Shown piece after piece: positions 9,382 to 19,027 of a stretch of DNA of 64,000 nucleotides. The stretch lies in the NCBI GenBank assembly GCA_036407095.1, contig DASWZV010000173.1, positions 33,531 through 97,530 on the forward strand, read 5' to 3'. Source of the DNA: Vicinamibacterales bacterium (GTDB lineage: Bacteria > Acidobacteriota > Vicinamibacteria > Vicinamibacterales > UBA2999). How positions within the stretch are numbered: position 1 is the stretch's first letter; every line of letters begins with the position of its first letter. The position numbers were made by a program, and so were the translations under genes. The notes below the pieces were generated by a model, which searched no databases, was not told the DNA's origin, and was given only the letters and a program-made list of their open reading frames with translations.

Positions 9382-10302
9382 ATGGACATCAACGAATTCG
9401 AGAAGCATCGCTCGCATCTGTTTTCAGTGGCGTATCGGATGCTCGGCAGCGCGTCCGAGGCGGAAGATGTCGTGCAGGATGCGTGGCTGCGATCGTCGGC
9501 TGCGGCAAAGGCCGACGTGCGCTCGCCTCGCGCGTATCTGATGACGGTGGTGACGCGGCTCGCGCTCGATCGTCTCAAGTCGGCGCGCGTGACGCGGGAA
9601 CAGTACGTCGGACCGTGGCTGCCGGAGCCGGTGCTCACCGACAGCCGCCCCGAGCCCGAGGAGTCGGTCGCGCTCGCGGAATCGCTGACGCTCGCGTTCA
9701 TGGTGCTGCTCGATACGCTCTCACCGGAGGAGCGCGCGGTGTTCGTGCTGCGCGAAGTGCTCGAGTACTCCTACGCCGAGATCGCAGAGGTGCTCAAGAT
9801 CACCGAAGCGAACTGCCGTCAGATGTTTCATCGCGCAAAAGAGCGGCTGCGATCGGGGCATCCGCATTCCGAGCGCTCGCGCGAGCAGAAGCGTGAGCTC
9901 GCCGCGCGCTTCGTCGATGCGCTGCGCGCAGGCGACAGCGTGGCGCTTACGCGCGTGCTCGCCGAGGACGTCGGCTTCTGGGGCGACGGCGGTGGCCGTG
10001 TGCCGGCAGCGCGGCGGCCGATCCTCGGACGCGATGCGGTGGTCAACCTCCTGCTCGGGCTCCGGCGGACGGCCGAAGCGAACGGCTACCCGCTCGAGAA
10101 GATCAGGGTCGACGTCGTCGAGGTCAACTACGAGCCAGCGATGCTCGTGTGTGTGGAGGGTCGCGTCGATTCCGTTTACGTCTGCTCGATCGTCGACGAT
10201 GCCATTGCCGCGATTCGGGTGGTACGCAATCCGGACAAGTTGGTGTATCTGGCGCACCAGCTGAATACCGAGCCGTTTGGACCCGCGACCCGCATGCAGT
10301 AA
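9382..10302 (+). CDS. sigJ: ECF41 sigma factor with C-terminal SnoaL-like extension
   Basis: AYRMLGSASEAEDVVQD, YVGPWLPEP, DGGGR, RNPDKL are ECF41 signatures. Confidence 0.92.
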   Translation: MDINEFEKHRSHLFSVAYRMLGSASEAEDVVQDAWLRSSAAAKADVRSPRAYLMTVVTRLALDRLKSARVTREQYVGPWLPEPVLTDSRPEPEESVALAESLTLAFMVLLDTLSPEERAVFVLREVLEYSYAEIAEVLKITEANCRQMFHRAKERLRSGHPHSERSREQKRELAARFVDALRAGDSVALTRVLAEDVGFWGDGGGRVPAARRPILGRDAVVNLLLGLRRTAEANGYPLEKIRVDVVEVNYEPAMLVCVEGRVDSVYVCSIVDDAIAAIRVVRNPDKLVYLAHQLNTEPFGPATRMQ

Positions 10303-10349
10303 CCACGTGGCAGGATCGTCGTGGCCCACGTCTTGATAGGGGAGACGTC

Positions 10350-10835
10350 ATGGAATCCAATGCAAGGCTGCGACAGGGACATCGGCTGCTCCAGCTGGGC
10401 GTGGCACTCCTGGTGTTTGCGGCGCTCGAGGGCATCGTGATCCCCTCGCTTCCGCTGCCGCGCCTCGGGTTGTCCGTGCACACCCTCAGCGCCATTCAAG
10501 CGCTTCTGTTTCTCGCGTTCGGGCTCGTATGGCCCCGGCTCGTGCTGGGTAAGGCTGCATCCCTCGTCGCGTGGTGGACATACGTCTACTCGGCGTTTGC
10601 GACGCTGGCCGCGTATGTGATGGCCGCGATGTGGGGAGCAGGCGGGTCGACGATACCACTCGCGTCGGGAGGCGCGCTCGGGAGTCGCGCTCAGGAGATG
10701 GCGATTCAGATCGTCCTGTTCTCAGCGGCGCCGACGTTCCTGATCGCCATGGCGCTGGTCATTCGTGGTCTTCGAATGCCGGGGGAGGCCGCGATGAGCG
10801 TGCATCAGCATTCGATGGCACCTTCGTCGCGTTGA
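10350..10835 (+). CDS. HabB/StyC-like membrane protein (hydroxylaminobenzene mutase family)
   Basis: RLLQLGVAL...PRLGLSVH...GLVWPRL...WGAGG..IPLASGG..G..AQE resembles HabB from memory. RBS GGGGAG. Confidence 0.65.
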   Translation: MESNARLRQGHRLLQLGVALLVFAALEGIVIPSLPLPRLGLSVHTLSAIQALLFLAFGLVWPRLVLGKAASLVAWWTYVYSAFATLAAYVMAAMWGAGGSTIPLASGGALGSRAQEMAIQIVLFSAAPTFLIAMALVIRGLRMPGEAAMSVHQHSMAPSSR

Positions 10836-11560
10836 ACTCGTCACAAGATAACGAGACGACCACGGGGCGCGTCAAGAACGTTGGCATCGGGTGGCTCGCG
10901 ATCAACATCGCCGTCATGGCGGGGGCGTTCGCCGTTGCGTTGTTCCTGCCGGCGGGGACGTTCGCGTGGCCCGCGGGCTGGGCATTCTTTGGACTGTTTT
11001 TTGGATTCACGGTGGCACTCAGCATCTGGCTGTTCCGGTTCAGTCCCGAGCTTCTCGCAGAACGGCTCACGGGCATCGGCAAGGCCGATCAGAAAGCCTG
11101 GGACAAAGTGTTGCTCGCTATCACCGCCGTGGCGTTCTTCGCGTGGCTCGCGGTGATGGGGATCGACGCAGTGAGATATCGCTGGTCGCATGTGCCGGCC
11201 GTCGTGCGAACACTCGGCGGGTGTCTCCTCGTGGCATCGTTCCCCATCTTCTTCTCGACTTTTCGCGAGAACCGTTTTCTGTCTCCAGCGGTTCGGATCC
11301 AGCAGGAACGGGCGCATCGCGTGGTCGACACAGGTCCGTATCGACGCGTGCGGCACCCGATGTATGGCGGGTTCGTGCTGTTTGCGCTCGGCACCGCGTT
11401 GATGCTGGGCTCGTGGTACGGGACGATCGGAGCGTTGTGCCTCATCGGACTCGTCGCCCGGCGCGCGGTGCTCGAGGAGCGCGCTCTTCAAAGGGAACTC
11501 GAGGGCTACGACGCGTACATGCGGCGCGTACGGTATCGCCTGGTTCCGCATGTCTGGTAG
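10832..11560 (+). CDS. Isoprenylcysteine carboxyl methyltransferase (Ste14) family protein
   Basis: ENRFLSPAVRIQ, VVDTGPYRRVRHPMY, EERAL...Y...VRYRL. Start uncertain; a TTG overlaps the upstream stop. Confidence 0.85.
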   Translation: MNSSQDNETTTGRVKNVGIGWLAINIAVMAGAFAVALFLPAGTFAWPAGWAFFGLFFGFTVALSIWLFRFSPELLAERLTGIGKADQKAWDKVLLAITAVAFFAWLAVMGIDAVRYRWSHVPAVVRTLGGCLLVASFPIFFSTFRENRFLSPAVRIQQERAHRVVDTGPYRRVRHPMYGGFVLFALGTALMLGSWYGTIGALCLIGLVARRAVLEERALQRELEGYDAYMRRVRYRLVPHVW

Positions 11561-11569
11561 CGAGGTCAT

Positions 11570-11908
11570 ATGATTCGCGAAATTGTCAGAGAAGCTGAGA
11601 GAAAGACGGCGATGAGTCCGTGGCCCATCCGGTCGCCGAGGAATCCGTTGACCGTCGATCCGCTCGCGGTCGGGCGCGTCTCGCTCGCCAGGGACACCGA
11701 GGTGCGCGAAGACGAGGTGTTGACGCTGGACGGAGCGGCTTCGCTGTTGAAGCTGTCGGCAGATGCAGTGCTCGCTCGCGTGCAGCAGGGCGATCTCCCG
11801 GCCCGTCGCTTCGGTGACGAGTGGCGGTTCTCGAAGCTCGCGGTGCTCGAGTGGCTGGCCGATGGCGAGCGCCGGACCCGCCAGCTCGCTCGCCAGGACC
11901 CTGACTAA
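11570..11908 (+). CDS. Excisionase-like HTH_17 DNA-binding protein
   Basis: VLTLDGAASLLKLS...GDLPARRFGDEWRF...VLEWL. Start may be 11612. Confidence 0.8.
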   Translation: MIREIVREAERKTAMSPWPIRSPRNPLTVDPLAVGRVSLARDTEVREDEVLTLDGAASLLKLSADAVLARVQQGDLPARRFGDEWRFSKLAVLEWLADGERRTRQLARQDPD

Positions 11909-11917
11909 TCTCTCAGA

Positions 11918-12499
11918 ATGGATCCAGAGATGCCTGCCGATATCTTTGCACTGGATGAGGCGTACACCGCGATCGAGCGTGACGCGCGTGCGCTCGCTGC
12001 CGGTCTGACCGACGCGTGTGCCGAATGGCGCGCCGAGCCATCGTCATGGAGCGTGGCCGAATGCCTCGATCACCTGGCCACGGCGAATCGCGTCTACCTG
12101 ACGGCGATGGGCCCTGCGGCCGAGGCGGCGGTTGCACGCGGACAGCGGAGGCGCAGTCCGGCGGTGCCGGGTCTTCTGGGCGGGTGGTTCGTCCGATCAC
12201 TGGAGCCGCCGGTGAAGCCGCGCTTCAAGAGGAAAGCGCCGACGAAAATCCGGCCGCGATCGTCGCCGTCGTTTCCTGATGCGATGGCGGCGTTCCTCAA
12301 ATCGCAGGAGGAGGTCCGCCGCTTTCTCCGGGCGTACGAGGACTTCGACCTCGCCGCCGTGCAGTTTCCGAATCCGTTCATCCCCGGCTTGCGGTTCAGC
12401 CTAGCGACAGGATTGCACGTGATTGCGGCGCATGATCGCCGGCACCTGTGGCAGGCGTGGCGGGTTCGTTACGCTGCCGAACGCGCGGTTGCGGCCTGA
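11918..12499 (+). CDS. DinB family protein
   Basis: WSVAECLDHL, FPNPF, HDRRHLWQA. Confidence 0.88.
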   Translation: MDPEMPADIFALDEAYTAIERDARALAAGLTDACAEWRAEPSSWSVAECLDHLATANRVYLTAMGPAAEAAVARGQRRRSPAVPGLLGGWFVRSLEPPVKPRFKRKAPTKIRPRSSPSFPDAMAAFLKSQEEVRRFLRAYEDFDLAAVQFPNPFIPGLRFSLATGLHVIAAHDRRHLWQAWRVRYAAERAVAA

Positions 12500-12513
12500 A
12501 ACACGCACGGCAT

Positions 12514-12606
12514 GGTCCGGCTAGAGCCGGACATTACTTACAACTCGATGGGCCGCTTGCCGGCTTCGCGCATAGCGCTTCGGTGGCCAGGGAAGGCTGC
12601 CGCTAC
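12514..12606. repeat. REP hairpin plus degenerate branched REP
   Basis: GTCCGGCTAGAGCCGGACATTAC, then GGGCCGC...GGCTTCGCGCATAGCGCTTCGGTGG...GCCCGCTAC. Confidence 0.55.
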
Positions 12607-12648
12607 GTTCACCCTGGAAAATTCCGCTCACTGAGTACAATCGAGTGG

Positions 12649-15498
12649 ATGACTCTTCACACTCGAGCCCGATTTGCCCTTCTCGGCGCGGCGATGGTCG
12701 CCGCGCTGGGGTTTGTCAGCGCGCAGCAGCCGACACCACCGCCAATACCACCAGCGGTGCGCGCCGCGACGCTCGGCCAGGTCGTGCCGGTGGATCCGCT
12801 GATCACCGTCGGCACGCTGCCCAACGGGTTCCGCTATTACCTCCGGGAGAACCACCTGCCGCAGGGGCGCGCCGAGCTTCGGCTCGCGGTCAAGGCCGGC
12901 TCGGTGCTCGAAGACGAGGATCAGCGCGGCCTCGCGCACTTCGTCGAGCACATGGCCTTCAACGGCACCAAGAATTTTCCTGCGCAGGCCATCCCGACCT
13001 TCATGCAGTCGCTCGGTGTGCGGTTCGGCGCGCACGTCAACGCCCACACGGCGTTCGACGAAACGATTTACGAGCTGCAGATCCCGACCGACAACCCCGC
13101 GGTGATCGATCGCTCGCTCCTCATCTTCGAGGACTTCGCCCACAACGTCCTGTTCGAGCCGCGCGAAGTCGACAAGGAGCGCGGCGTCATCCTCGAGGAG
13201 TGGCGGCTCGGCCTCGGCGCCGACGAGCGGATCCATGACGCGGAGTTCCCGCTGATGCTCAAGGGCTCGCGCTACGCCGAGCGCATGCCGATCGGCAAGC
13301 CCGACATCATCCGCAACGTCACCGTCGATCGGCTCAGGCAGTTCTACACCGACTGGTATCGTCCGGACCTGATGGCGGTGGTCGTGGTCGGCGATTTCAA
13401 GAAGGCGGACATCGAGCCGCTGATCAAGGCGCATTTCGGTTCGCTTCCTCCTGCGGCGAAGCCGCGGCCGCGGCCGGCATTCACCGTCCCCGATCTGCAA
13501 GGCACGTCGTACTCGGTGATCACCGATCCGGAAGCCGATGACACACGGATCAGCGTGACGAGTGCGATGAAAGCGCGAGAGCAGATGTCGATCGGCTCGT
13601 ACCGTCAGCACATGGTCGAGCAGCTGTTCGGGGCGATGCTGTCGGTGCGCCTCGACGAGCTCGCACAGGGGGCGAACGCGCCGTTTCTCCGGGCGCAGAC
13701 CGGTCGGGAACTGCTCGTGACAGGGGTCGAAGTGACGAGCCTCGATGCGCTCGTCGCCAAGGGCGGCGTCGAACGCGGCCTGACCGCGCTCTTCACCGAG
13801 CTGGCGCGCGTCGCGCGCTTTGGATTCACCCAGCCGGAGTTGAACCGCATGAAGCTCAATCTCGAGCGCGGTCTCGAGCGCGCGGTGATCGAGAAGGACA
13901 AGAGCCCGTCGGATCCGCTGGCCGACGAGTTCGTGCGCAATTTCATCGAGGAGGAACCGATCCCCGGCATCGTGTACGAGTACGGGTTGAACCAGCGCTT
14001 CCTGCCCGAGATCACGCTCGCCGAGGTGAACAAGCTGGCGAAAGACTGGATGGCCGATCACAATCGTCTGGTCGCGATCTCCGCGCCGGCCAACGACAAG
14101 CCGACGCTTCCCGATGAAGTGAAGCTCGCGAGCGTCATCAGCGGCGCCAATGCCGATAAGCTCACCGCCTACGTCGACACGGTGAGCAACAAGCCGCTGC
14201 TGGCCCGCGCGCCCACGGCCGGAGCGGTCGCCAACTCCGCGACGAAAGAGGGCCTTGGCATCACCGAGTGGACGCTTTCCAATGGCGTGCACGTCGTGCT
14301 GAAGCCGACGACGTTCCGGCAGGACGAGATCATGTTTCGAGCCGTCAGCCCTGGCGGGCTGTCGCTGGCGAGTGACGCCGACTTCGTTTCCGCAGAGACC
14401 GCCGATGCCGTGATCGCGCAGGGCGGCCTCGGCTCCTTCAGCCGCATCGATCTCGACAAGGTGCTCGCGGGCACGACCGCGTCGGTGCGAGCGGACATCG
14501 CGTCCACCGAAGAAGGGCTCGCCGGCGGTGCGGCACGCAAAGATCTCGAGACGATGTTCCAGCTGATCTACCTGACCTTCACCGCGCCGCGAGCCGATCC
14601 CGTCGCGTTCGGCGTGTTGACGGATCAATTGAAGGTGACGCTGGCCAACCGGCTGGCGCAGCCCGACGTGCAGTTCTCGCAGGCGCTCGATGCCGCCCTG
14701 ACGCAGAACCATCCGCGGGCGCAGCCGCTGACGCCGGCCTCGGTCAGCCGGATGAATCTGGACAAGTCGCTCGCCTTCTACAAGGACCGCTTCGCCGATG
14801 CGAGCGACTTCACGTTCGTCTTCGTCGGCAGCTTCGATCTCGCGACGATCAAGCCGCTGGTCGAGAAATATCTGGGCAGCCTGCCGTCGCTGCGCCGGCA
14901 GGAGACGGTGAAGGACGTCGGGATCCGTCCGCCAGCGGGCGTCGTCGAAAAGCAGGTGAAGAGCGGCATCGCTCCGCGCAGCCAGGTCAGCATCGCGTTC
15001 ACGGGTCAGTTCCAGAACGACGAACAGCATCGCGTGATCGCGTCGGCGATGGCGGATACGCTTGCCGGCAACCTGCAGCGAACGCTGCGCGAGGATCTGG
15101 GCGGCACCTACGGCGTCAGCGTGGTGCCACGCTTCGCGAAGCGTCCCTCGGGCGAGTATCGCATCACCATCACGTTCGCATGCGACCCGACGCGCACCGA
15201 GAGCCTCGTGAAGACGGCGTTCCAGGTCATCGACGACTACAAGGTCCGCGGCCCCGGTCTCGGACAGGTCGCCGACACGCGCGCCACCCTGGTTCGTGAT
15301 CTCGAAACGAACATGATGACCAACGACTATCTGCTCAATCGGCTCCTGTTCAAGTACGAGTACGGCGAGGATGTGAAGGAAGTGTTCGACATGCGTCCGT
15401 TCTACGACGAGATCACCACCATGTCGCTGCGCGAGGCGGCGCGGCAGTATCTCAACACGAACCGCTACGTGGAGGTTACGCTCGTTCCGGAGAAGTGA
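12649..15498 (+). CDS. M16 zinc peptidase (PqqL-like), secreted
   Basis: Signal peptide, GLAHFVEHMAFNGT (HxxEH), WYRPDLM, LREDLGGTY. Confidence 0.93.
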   Translation: MTLHTRARFALLGAAMVAALGFVSAQQPTPPPIPPAVRAATLGQVVPVDPLITVGTLPNGFRYYLRENHLPQGRAELRLAVKAGSVLEDEDQRGLAHFVEHMAFNGTKNFPAQAIPTFMQSLGVRFGAHVNAHTAFDETIYELQIPTDNPAVIDRSLLIFEDFAHNVLFEPREVDKERGVILEEWRLGLGADERIHDAEFPLMLKGSRYAERMPIGKPDIIRNVTVDRLRQFYTDWYRPDLMAVVVVGDFKKADIEPLIKAHFGSLPPAAKPRPRPAFTVPDLQGTSYSVITDPEADDTRISVTSAMKAREQMSIGSYRQHMVEQLFGAMLSVRLDELAQGANAPFLRAQTGRELLVTGVEVTSLDALVAKGGVERGLTALFTELARVARFGFTQPELNRMKLNLERGLERAVIEKDKSPSDPLADEFVRNFIEEEPIPGIVYEYGLNQRFLPEITLAEVNKLAKDWMADHNRLVAISAPANDKPTLPDEVKLASVISGANADKLTAYVDTVSNKPLLARAPTAGAVANSATKEGLGITEWTLSNGVHVVLKPTTFRQDEIMFRAVSPGGLSLASDADFVSAETADAVIAQGGLGSFSRIDLDKVLAGTTASVRADIASTEEGLAGGAARKDLETMFQLIYLTFTAPRADPVAFGVLTDQLKVTLANRLAQPDVQFSQALDAALTQNHPRAQPLTPASVSRMNLDKSLAFYKDRFADASDFTFVFVGSFDLATIKPLVEKYLGSLPSLRRQETVKDVGIRPPAGVVEKQVKSGIAPRSQVSIAFTGQFQNDEQHRVIASAMADTLAGNLQRTLREDLGGTYGVSVVPRFAKRPSGEYRITITFACDPTRTESLVKTAFQVIDDYKVRGPGLGQVADTRATLVRDLETNMMTNDYLLNRLLFKYEYGEDVKEVFDMRPFYDEITTMSLREAARQYLNTNRYVEVTLVPEK

Positions 15499-15609
15499 GC
15501 TTGCCCGCTTGGGTTCGAGATCGGCGACGGGGCTCACGGGTCCTTCGCTCAGGCGGACTGCGTCTGCATGATCGCTGAGTTCAGAAAGTGATTGCCGTCG
15601 ACTCCGCAT

Positions 15610-15885
15610 CCACGAGTTCATGTGTGTTGGCCGGCAGCCGCGGACGCTGCGCCCGGGAACGCGTCCGCCGCTCGTGCCCTTCCGCTCCCGCGTCGACTAG
15701 GAGTCGACTCGTCGCTGATCTGTTACGCGGCTCAAAACGTTCGAGCTGTCTCATGGCAACTCGAACGCGATAGGCGGAAGTCGACGCGATGAATCGCGTC
15801 GAACGCATTCCTGCTTCCTGTTTCGCCGAGTCGCACCGTGTCGGCCTTGCTCACGCGGCTGACGTCCAACACACATGAACCGTGG
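15610..15885 (-). mobile_element. Repeat family B, copy 3 (inverted)
   Basis: Reverse complement of 623-901. Ends CCACGAGTTCATGTGTGTTGG and CCAACACACATGAACCGTGG. Confidence 0.85.
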
Positions 15886-15966
15886 AAGTACCGGCGACAG
15901 AGGACCATCATTCTCAACTCTCGACTTCTCGACTGTCGTGGGGCGCGCTGCAAACAAGGGGACGAT

Positions 15967-16160
15967 GCTCATTTGGGTTGCGAGGCTGGTTGCATCGCCG
16001 AACGGGTGGCGCCGGGAGGGCCCCCCCCGCCCGCCGCGCAGGCGCCTACTCCGTGATCCGTCTTTTGTACCCGTGACAGTTCCTTTGGCGCCGAGGACGT
16101 GTGGGGAGACCCGGCGACAGGACCCGAGAGCCCAGGTGCTCATCGCGAACCCAAATGAGC
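15967..16160 (-). repeat. Repeat family A, copy 3 (inverted)
   Basis: GCTCATTTGGGTT pairs perfectly with AACCCAAATGAGC. The core is the reverse complement of copy 1. Confidence 0.9.
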
Positions 16161-16284
16161 TCGTGCCTCGCTGACATTGACGATGGTGACCGCCCGCCAT
16201 GTCGAACTGGGTCGAGAGGCTCGAGTCGAACGCAAAGATCCGAAGCTGCCGTGACACCGGCTCTCGGACCAGGTCGTTGCCCAT
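16161..16284 (-). pseudogene. 5' remnant of a gene coupled to the patatin gene, cut off by repeat A
   Basis: ATG 1 nt after the patatin stop. MGNDLVREPVSRQLRIFAFDSSL recalls the N-terminal R-L-R-I-F-A-F-D-P-S motif of M4-like peptidases. Confidence 0.45.
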
Positions 16285-16285
16285 C

Positions 16286-17443
16286 TCATACTCCTCTCGG
16301 GTATGGAAATCCAGACGGTGGTGATGCCGCCGCGGCAACGTGTGTCCGCATTGCCGCATCGCACACGGCATAGCCCCAGTTGATCAATCTCTCCTGCACC
16401 TCGTCCTCGAGCCGCTTCAGCCGCGTTTTCGTCTCGGCGAGTTCAGTCGTGCGATCGAACGGACACGGCAGCGGGTTGGCGAGCCCGTAGTCTGCAACGT
16501 TCGTGCGGATTCCCCAGTAAGTACCCTTGCGTTCACCGCGCGTGAACGATCCGATGACCTGCCGCGCGCGCAGGCTGCGAACCTGGTTGTCGATGATGTC
16601 GTTGATCCGGATCGCGTGTCGCGCCCAGTCGCTCTTGGGTTCCGCTTCCGCCGCCATCCTGCCGCCGCCGTTGCTCACGAGGATGGTGTCGTATTTCTTC
16701 CACGCTGTTTCGAGTCCGAGATTGTCGTAGACGCCGCCGTCGGTGAGCACGACGTTCGTGAGGTACGGGTCTCGATGCAGGTCCTCGTGAGGGAGGCCGC
16801 TTGCTGTCCATTGGCTCTCCTCGAACGCGATCCGCAGCGGCGACAGGACGGGCGGAAACGCCGAGGACGCGGCGACCGCAACCGCGATCTCCACGGTTGG
16901 ATGCTCGATCAGCCCAACGCGATAGTCGGCGATGTACGGTCTGGAGAATCGAAACAGCGCGCCGCTCTGCACGTTCGTGGCGTTGATCACGAACCTCGGC
17001 TCCGGTGGCAGATCCTGCAACGTGGCGCGGTCGAACAGATGCTGGCGATAGGCGTCGGTGACCTTGTCGGCAATCGATCCTGGAGTGAATATGCCCTCGA
17101 TGATCGCGGCCCCGTCAATCGTGCGGCCGGCCAGCCCCCGAATCGGCTCGACGATCGCCGCGACGAAGTTGACCGGAACCCCCGATGCATCGAAGCCGAG
17201 CGTCTTCCATCGGTGACCGAGCACGGCAGCGGTGATCGACCCGCCCGACACCGACGACACACGCGCGAGCTTCGGCAGGTAGCCGAGCTCGCCCAGGCGC
17301 CAGAGCGCGCCCAGATGAAAGAGCATCGCGCGGTAACCGCCTCCCGACAGACACAACGCGATGCCAGGCTGCGGCCGATTCGGATCGTCGTGAGGAGAGC
17401 CGGTGTCGAGGACCTCGACCGGAGCGGACAGGTGGTCGTTCAA
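16286..17443 (-). CDS. Patatin-like phospholipase
   Basis: LSGGGYRA, SVSGGS, ASSAFP, DGGVYDNLG. Confidence 0.9.
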   Translation of the reverse strand: MNDHLSAPVEVLDTGSPHDDPNRPQPGIALCLSGGGYRAMLFHLGALWRLGELGYLPKLARVSSVSGGSITAAVLGHRWKTLGFDASGVPVNFVAAIVEPIRGLAGRTIDGAAIIEGIFTPGSIADKVTDAYRQHLFDRATLQDLPPEPRFVINATNVQSGALFRFSRPYIADYRVGLIEHPTVEIAVAVAASSAFPPVLSPLRIAFEESQWTASGLPHEDLHRDPYLTNVVLTDGGVYDNLGLETAWKKYDTILVSNGGGRMAAEAEPKSDWARHAIRINDIIDNQVRSLRARQVIGSFTRGERKGTYWGIRTNVADYGLANPLPCPFDRTTELAETKTRLKRLEDEVQERLINWGYAVCDAAMRTHVAAAASPPSGFPYPRGV

Positions 17444-17613
17444 CGCATCGCCTCGCTGGAAGAACGCAGGGGGCCCCGGCGCCAGTTCAGATGTGGATTC
17501 GCGATTACACCACAGAAGGTGAACGGTGCGGCCGACGGACGGCGAACGCTCGGCACAGAGTTGCGCGGGTGTCTGACATCAGCCGCTCGCTTCGGTAAAC
17601 TTCAGAGGTTCCC

Positions 17614-18066
17614 ATGATCGCCGCACCGCTGCACGACGGGCCGGTCGTGCTCTTCGATGGCACGTGCCGCTTCTGCGATCGCACGGTGCAGTTCGTGCTC
17701 GACCACGAGCGCGATCACGTCCTGCGGTTTGCGCCGATTCAGAGCGACGCGATGAAGACGTTCCTCCGGCATGCCCTCGGCGACTCGCGGGCTCTCGAGT
17801 TGCAGCGCGATGTCGCCGGCGACGGCCGCGATCCGGACACGCTCGTCGTCGTCGACGGCGAGCGGGTCTTTACCTATTCAGGTGCGGCGCTCCGCATCGC
17901 GCGACATTTGAAAGCGCCATGGAGTTGGGTTGGCGTCCTTGCGATCGTGCCGCGGGTCGTGCGTGACGCCGGCTACCGCTGGTTCGCGCGACACCGCTAT
18001 CGCTGGTTCGGCCGGATGGACGCGTGCCGCGTGCCGTCGGCTGACGTCCGCTCGCGGTTTCTGTAG
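17614..18066 (+). CDS. DCC1-like thiol-disulfide oxidoreductase
   Basis: VLFDGTCRFC, FAPIQS, RDAGYRWFARHRYRWFG. Confidence 0.9.
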   Translation: MIAAPLHDGPVVLFDGTCRFCDRTVQFVLDHERDHVLRFAPIQSDAMKTFLRHALGDSRALELQRDVAGDGRDPDTLVVVDGERVFTYSGAALRIARHLKAPWSWVGVLAIVPRVVRDAGYRWFARHRYRWFGRMDACRVPSADVRSRFL

Positions 18067-18129
18067 CAGATGTCTGTAGCAGAAGCGAGAGGCCGAGCGC
18101 CGACGCGACTCCAGCGATGTGAAAGCGCG

Positions 18130-18957
18130 TCAGGTGGCGTACGCAATTTTGACTTTGAGGCGTGCGTCGCCAAGAAAGATCTCGTCGCCCGACTGCAGAC
18201 GGATGCCTCGCGACCCGGTGGGCACGGCAATCGTCGTTCCGCTGCGCACGATGGTGGTGCCCTGGGCACTGCGATCGTCTGAGATGCGGTAGTCGCCTGC
18301 GCGATCGTTGTAGTCGATGTGCGCGTGGCGGCGAGAGACGGTGTCGTTGGCGGAGCCGGGGCCCTCCTTGAACACGACGTGGTTGGTCCGGAGCAGACGA
18401 TGCCGGTTGTCTCGCACCTCTTCACAGCGCCCGAGGTTGATCCGTCCCTGCAGCGTGAACGTGTAGGAAGGCTTGTCCGTGGAGCCGCTCGTGCCGCTCG
18501 TGATTGTCAGCCTGATCCCGCGGGCCTGCGACGGCGCGGCCGCGGACGGATCGGCCGGCGCCTCGTTGCTGAAGTCGATGTGAAACTCGGGAGCCCTCCA
18601 TCCTTCTTCGGACTGCGGGACGTACGCCACGCGCACGTGCAGCCGAGCGACCTCACATCCGGCTTGGCGCAGGCGAACCGCGATCTTCTCCTGCAACGAT
18701 GGCGGGCCGTCGAGGACCGATGACAGCCGGGCTCGTGCGTCGCGTGTCGGCGCCACGACCGACAGTTTGATCCGGTTGAACGGGAAGACCCGCTTGCCAC
18801 GGCCGGCGGGCTCGACCCGTTCGTCGACGGCTTCGAGGATGCCGTGCAGCACTTCGAGCGGGGTGCGCGGGCCGGACTTGGCCCACTGTTGCGCGGCACC
18901 CTCGAACGTTCGCGCGATCGTTGATTCAAGCCTGCGGGCTTTGCCGACAATGTCCAT
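18130..18957 (-). CDS. FhaA-like protein (DUF3662-like N-domain + FHA)
   Basis: KARRLESTIARTFEG...RVFPFN; FHA motifs LGR, VSRRHA, SAQGT, LQSGDEI. Confidence 0.85.
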   Translation of the reverse strand: MDIVGKARRLESTIARTFEGAAQQWAKSGPRTPLEVLHGILEAVDERVEPAGRGKRVFPFNRIKLSVVAPTRDARARLSSVLDGPPSLQEKIAVRLRQAGCEVARLHVRVAYVPQSEEGWRAPEFHIDFSNEAPADPSAAAPSQARGIRLTITSGTSGSTDKPSYTFTLQGRINLGRCEEVRDNRHRLLRTNHVVFKEGPGSANDTVSRRHAHIDYNDRAGDYRISDDRSAQGTTIVRSGTTIAVPTGSRGIRLQSGDEIFLGDARLKVKIAYAT

Positions 18958-19027
18958 CAGAGTCCTGTCCGCGCACGCTGAAGCGTGCGCTCTACGAGTC
19001 CAGCAAGGAAACCGGACCTACGGTCGA

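Noticed and set aside
11570-11908. Prophage or ICE suggested by the excisionase-like gene
   Set aside because: No integrase, att site or phage genes nearby; HTH_17 proteins often stand alone.
12628-15621. 997-aa antisense ORF, and similar long shadow ORFs (18767-20590, 39067-40575, 46896-48617)
   Set aside because: They mirror real genes; high GC suppresses antisense stop codons and they show no motifs.
193-16160. Integron-like cassette array (co-oriented genes separated by palindromes)
   Set aside because: The repeats lack RYYYAAC/GTTRRRY attC ends, occur in both orientations, and no integrase is present.
16286-17443. Patatin as a CBASS or other defence effector
   Set aside because: No cyclase or other defence genes are adjacent; the only coupled gene is a short remnant.
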